Positions 62,072-64,000 of a stretch of 64,000 nt of DNA are shown one piece after another. Under the pieces are notes generated by a model. That model ran no database searches, was not told the DNA's origin, and worked only from the letters and a program-made list of their open reading frames with translations. Position 1 is the stretch's first letter. Every line of letters starts with the position of its first letter. Location of the stretch: contig OZ242214.1 of the NCBI GenBank assembly GCA_965206595.1, positions 2,208,001 through 2,272,000 of the forward strand. The letters run 5' to 3'. The position numbers were made by a program, and so were the translations under genes. The DNA comes from Candidatus Latescibacterota bacterium (lineage in GTDB: Bacteria > Latescibacterota > UBA2968 > UBA8231).

Positions 62072-64000
62072 TTACCAGTAGTGCACGCGGTGGCCCTCGG
62101 CGGGGAACCAGATCGCGTCGGTGATTCCGGATAGAACCACACCGGCGACGTAGCCGACTCCGAACCCGTAGAAGAAGGGCTTGCCCGCCTGATAGGCGCT
62201 GCCGCCTCCGTAGCGCAGCAGCGTCAGCTTGACGATCCAGACCAGCAGCAGGCTGAACCAGTAGTGCACGAGGCCGGGGGCGTACTGGAAGGCGAGCCCG
62301 ACCGGGTGCAGGGCGAACCAGTGAAAACGGCCTCGAAGGTAGGCGAGTCCGGCCGCTTCGAGAAACCCCGTCAGCCAGACCCCCCACTTGCCGAGGTCGA
62401 AGGCCCGCGGGTGGTTGAGCAGCGTCGCGATCTGCGGATAGACGTTGAAGGCGTAGGGCAGGTGCACGGCCCCGCCCTGGTCGTAGGCCACGGTGATGCT
62501 GGCCAGCGAGGCGACCAGGCAGCCGGTGGGGAAGGCGATCAGCACCACCGCGCAGACGCGGCCGGGCTGCGCGCGCAGGGAGAAAATCCGCAGGTGATGG
62601 GGCAGAGCCGGCCAGGCCGGCAGGCGGATGTTGCCGAAGAAGGCCTGGCTGACGAACAGCTTGAAGGCGACGACGTTCTTCGCCGACAGGTTGGCCGAGC
62701 CGACGAGGTCGGTGATGAACAGCCCCCCCTTGGCGTTGGCCCAGGTCGGCATCAGGTAGGGAAACCCGGTCGCCGCGATCAGCTTGATGGTGACGAAGAA
62801 GGACATCGCCATCAGCGCGAAGGTCGCCGCGGCCAGCGGCAGGCTCGCCCCCAGGCTGACGCCGAAGGCGATGACGCAGGCCGCCGAGACCGCCATGCCC
62901 GCGGCGGCGATCCGGTACATGCGGACGTCCGCGGGGTCGCCCTCGCCGCGCGCGATGCTCCCCCAGACGTCGCGCAAGTGGCGCCGCGCCAGCCACAGCG
63001 ACCATAGTGCGATGCAGACGATGGCGCCGTAGCTCTCCATGTCGAGGATGTCCCCGCTGCCGAGCTGCTGTCCCGACGAGCCGACGCTGACCCCGATCTG
63101 GTCCATCGCCCCGATCTTGGCGACCGCCAGGAGGTAGAAAAGCACCAGGCTGCCGAGGATGTCGAGCGGACAGAGGTAGACCAGGGCGAGCACCAGTGGC
63201 AGCACGCGCAGCATCGGAGCGGGCCAGGGGCGCGGCAGCGTGACCTGGAAGCGCTCGAGGTAGAACTCCGCCACCGGCAGCCCGGGGGTGAACCAGGTGC
63301 CGATGTTGTAGAACAGGGGCAGGAAGACCACCCCGAAACCGATCCAGAAGAGGCGCGAATGGAACAGGTCCGGCAGCCGCCGCGGTCCGTCGAAACCGCG
63401 GGTCAGCTCCAGCGGCATCTGCGCCAGGGGGAAGGTCAGCCTCTCCGCTTCGATCCACTGGCGCCGGAACAGGATCACCAGGCAGAGGCCGAAGACGACC
63501 ATCGCCAGCGACGCCCCGAGCCAGCGGGCGATGGCCCCTGCCCAGGCGTCCCAGGGCAGGGGCATCCCTTCCGGAAGGCCGAGCCAGAAGGTGTGGATGA
63601 CGCGTTCGCTCGGTTCGGGGAAGGCGTTCCAGGGCATCCAGGGAAGAATCAGGGTGTCCCACTGGTTCTCCGCGGTGGCCATGAAGTACGGGGCACCCAT
63701 GATGGCGGCCCAGTAGTCGCTCCACCCCCACATCGGCAGGGCGCCGACGATCCACGTCATCGAGAAGATGGTGAGCAGCTCCCCCCGGGTAAGCGCCGCG
63801 CGGGGCGAGATCGACTTGAGCAGGACGTTGAGGAAGATCCAGAGCACGAAGGGGATGACGGCCACCATCGGGTACTGGGAGAGCACGAAGGTGCTCGAGG
63901 CGAGGTTGATGCCGACGAGGATGATCAGGCAGTAGAACCAGGCGGCGATGGTGAGGGCGCCGACCAGCACCCCGCGCCAGGTGATCCTCAGCCCTTCACC
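62072..64000 (-). CDS. Polytopic membrane protein (DUF6785/DUF6784-like), 5' end outside the window
   Basis: RRQW...ERLTFPL, W..HPVG and K...LRYGG...Y....PFF.G motifs; many TM segments. Confidence 0.75.
   Translation of the reverse strand, partial: GEGLRITWRGVLVGALTIAAWFYCLIILVGINLASSTFVLSQYPMVAVIPFVLWIFLNVLLKSISPRAALTRGELLTIFSMTWIVGALPMWGWSDYWAAIMGAPYFMATAENQWDTLILPWMPWNAFPEPSERVIHTFWLGLPEGMPLPWDAWAGAIARWLGASLAMVVFGLCLVILFRRQWIEAERLTFPLAQMPLELTRGFDGPRRLPDLFHSRLFWIGFGVVFLPLFYNIGTWFTPGLPVAEFYLERFQVTLPRPWPAPMLRVLPLVLALVYLCPLDILGSLVLFYLLAVAKIGAMDQIGVSVGSSGQQLGSGDILDMESYGAIVCIALWSLWLARRHLRDVWGSIARGEGDPADVRMYRIAAAGMAVSAACVIAFGVSLGASLPLAAATFALMAMSFFVTIKLIAATGFPYLMPTWANAKGGLFITDLVGSANLSAKNVVAFKLFVSQAFFGNIRLPAWPALPHHLRIFSLRAQPGRVCAVVLIAFPTGCLVASLASITVAYDQGGAVHLPYAFNVYPQIATLLNHPRAFDLGKWGVWLTGFLEAAGLAYLRGRFHWFALHPVGLAFQYAPGLVHYWFSLLLVWIVKLTLLRYGGGSAYQAGKPFFYGFGVGYVAGVVLSGITDAIWFPAEGHRVHYW

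Noticed and set aside
1-64000. CRISPR array, rRNA or tRNA genes
   Set aside because: No regularly spaced repeat-spacer run or recognisable structural RNA was seen by eye, and there are no cas genes. The three 34-bp boxes are separated by whole genes.

Overview
A GC-rich bacterial window. The gene families (C-terminal WGxIK proteins, FlgD-Ig C-terminal domains, CRTAC1/ASPIC-UnbV and TPR proteins, a DUF6785-like membrane protein) suggest a Latescibacterota/Gemmatimonadota/Poribacteria-like organism; this is inference only. There are three zones. (1) 1-28.7 kb is an insertion-sequence-rich accessory region. It holds a duplicated Gfo/Idh/MocA plus hypothetical gene pair, an rfbB gene broken by IS256 and by an IS66 that itself carries a nested ISL3 (target duplications visible for all three), two toxin-antitoxin pairs, IS5, IS4 and IS1380 elements, and five co-oriented 3' fragments of an IS91/ISCR-like rolling-circle element. 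Those fragments bracket passenger genes (a TonB-dependent receptor; asparagine synthetase plus a methyltransferase). (2) 28.8-38.6 kb is a minus-strand island headed by an HTH-WYL-WCX regulator. It encodes an RNase J-like MBL hydrolase, two PD-(D/E)XK-like nucleases, a truncated Schlafen/AlbA_2 protein, an RNase H-like exonuclease, a lipoprotein and a double-AAA ATPase. Three copies of a 34-bp element (palindrome TGCGAC-AGATCAT-GTCGCA plus a TAGGTT -10 box at fixed spacing) sit upstream of island genes and resemble DriD/PafBC-type WYL-activated promoters. This is the best candidate for an undescribed WYL-controlled defence or DNA-damage system. (3) 38.8-64 kb holds metabolic and surface genes: cupin, GNAT, RraA, amidohydrolase, SDR, CRTAC1/TPR proteins, GDP-fucose synthase with glycosyl- and methyltransferases, a TolB-like protein and an enolase-superfamily enzyme. 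No rRNA, tRNA or CRISPR array was seen. All family calls come from reading motifs by eye, not from database searches.
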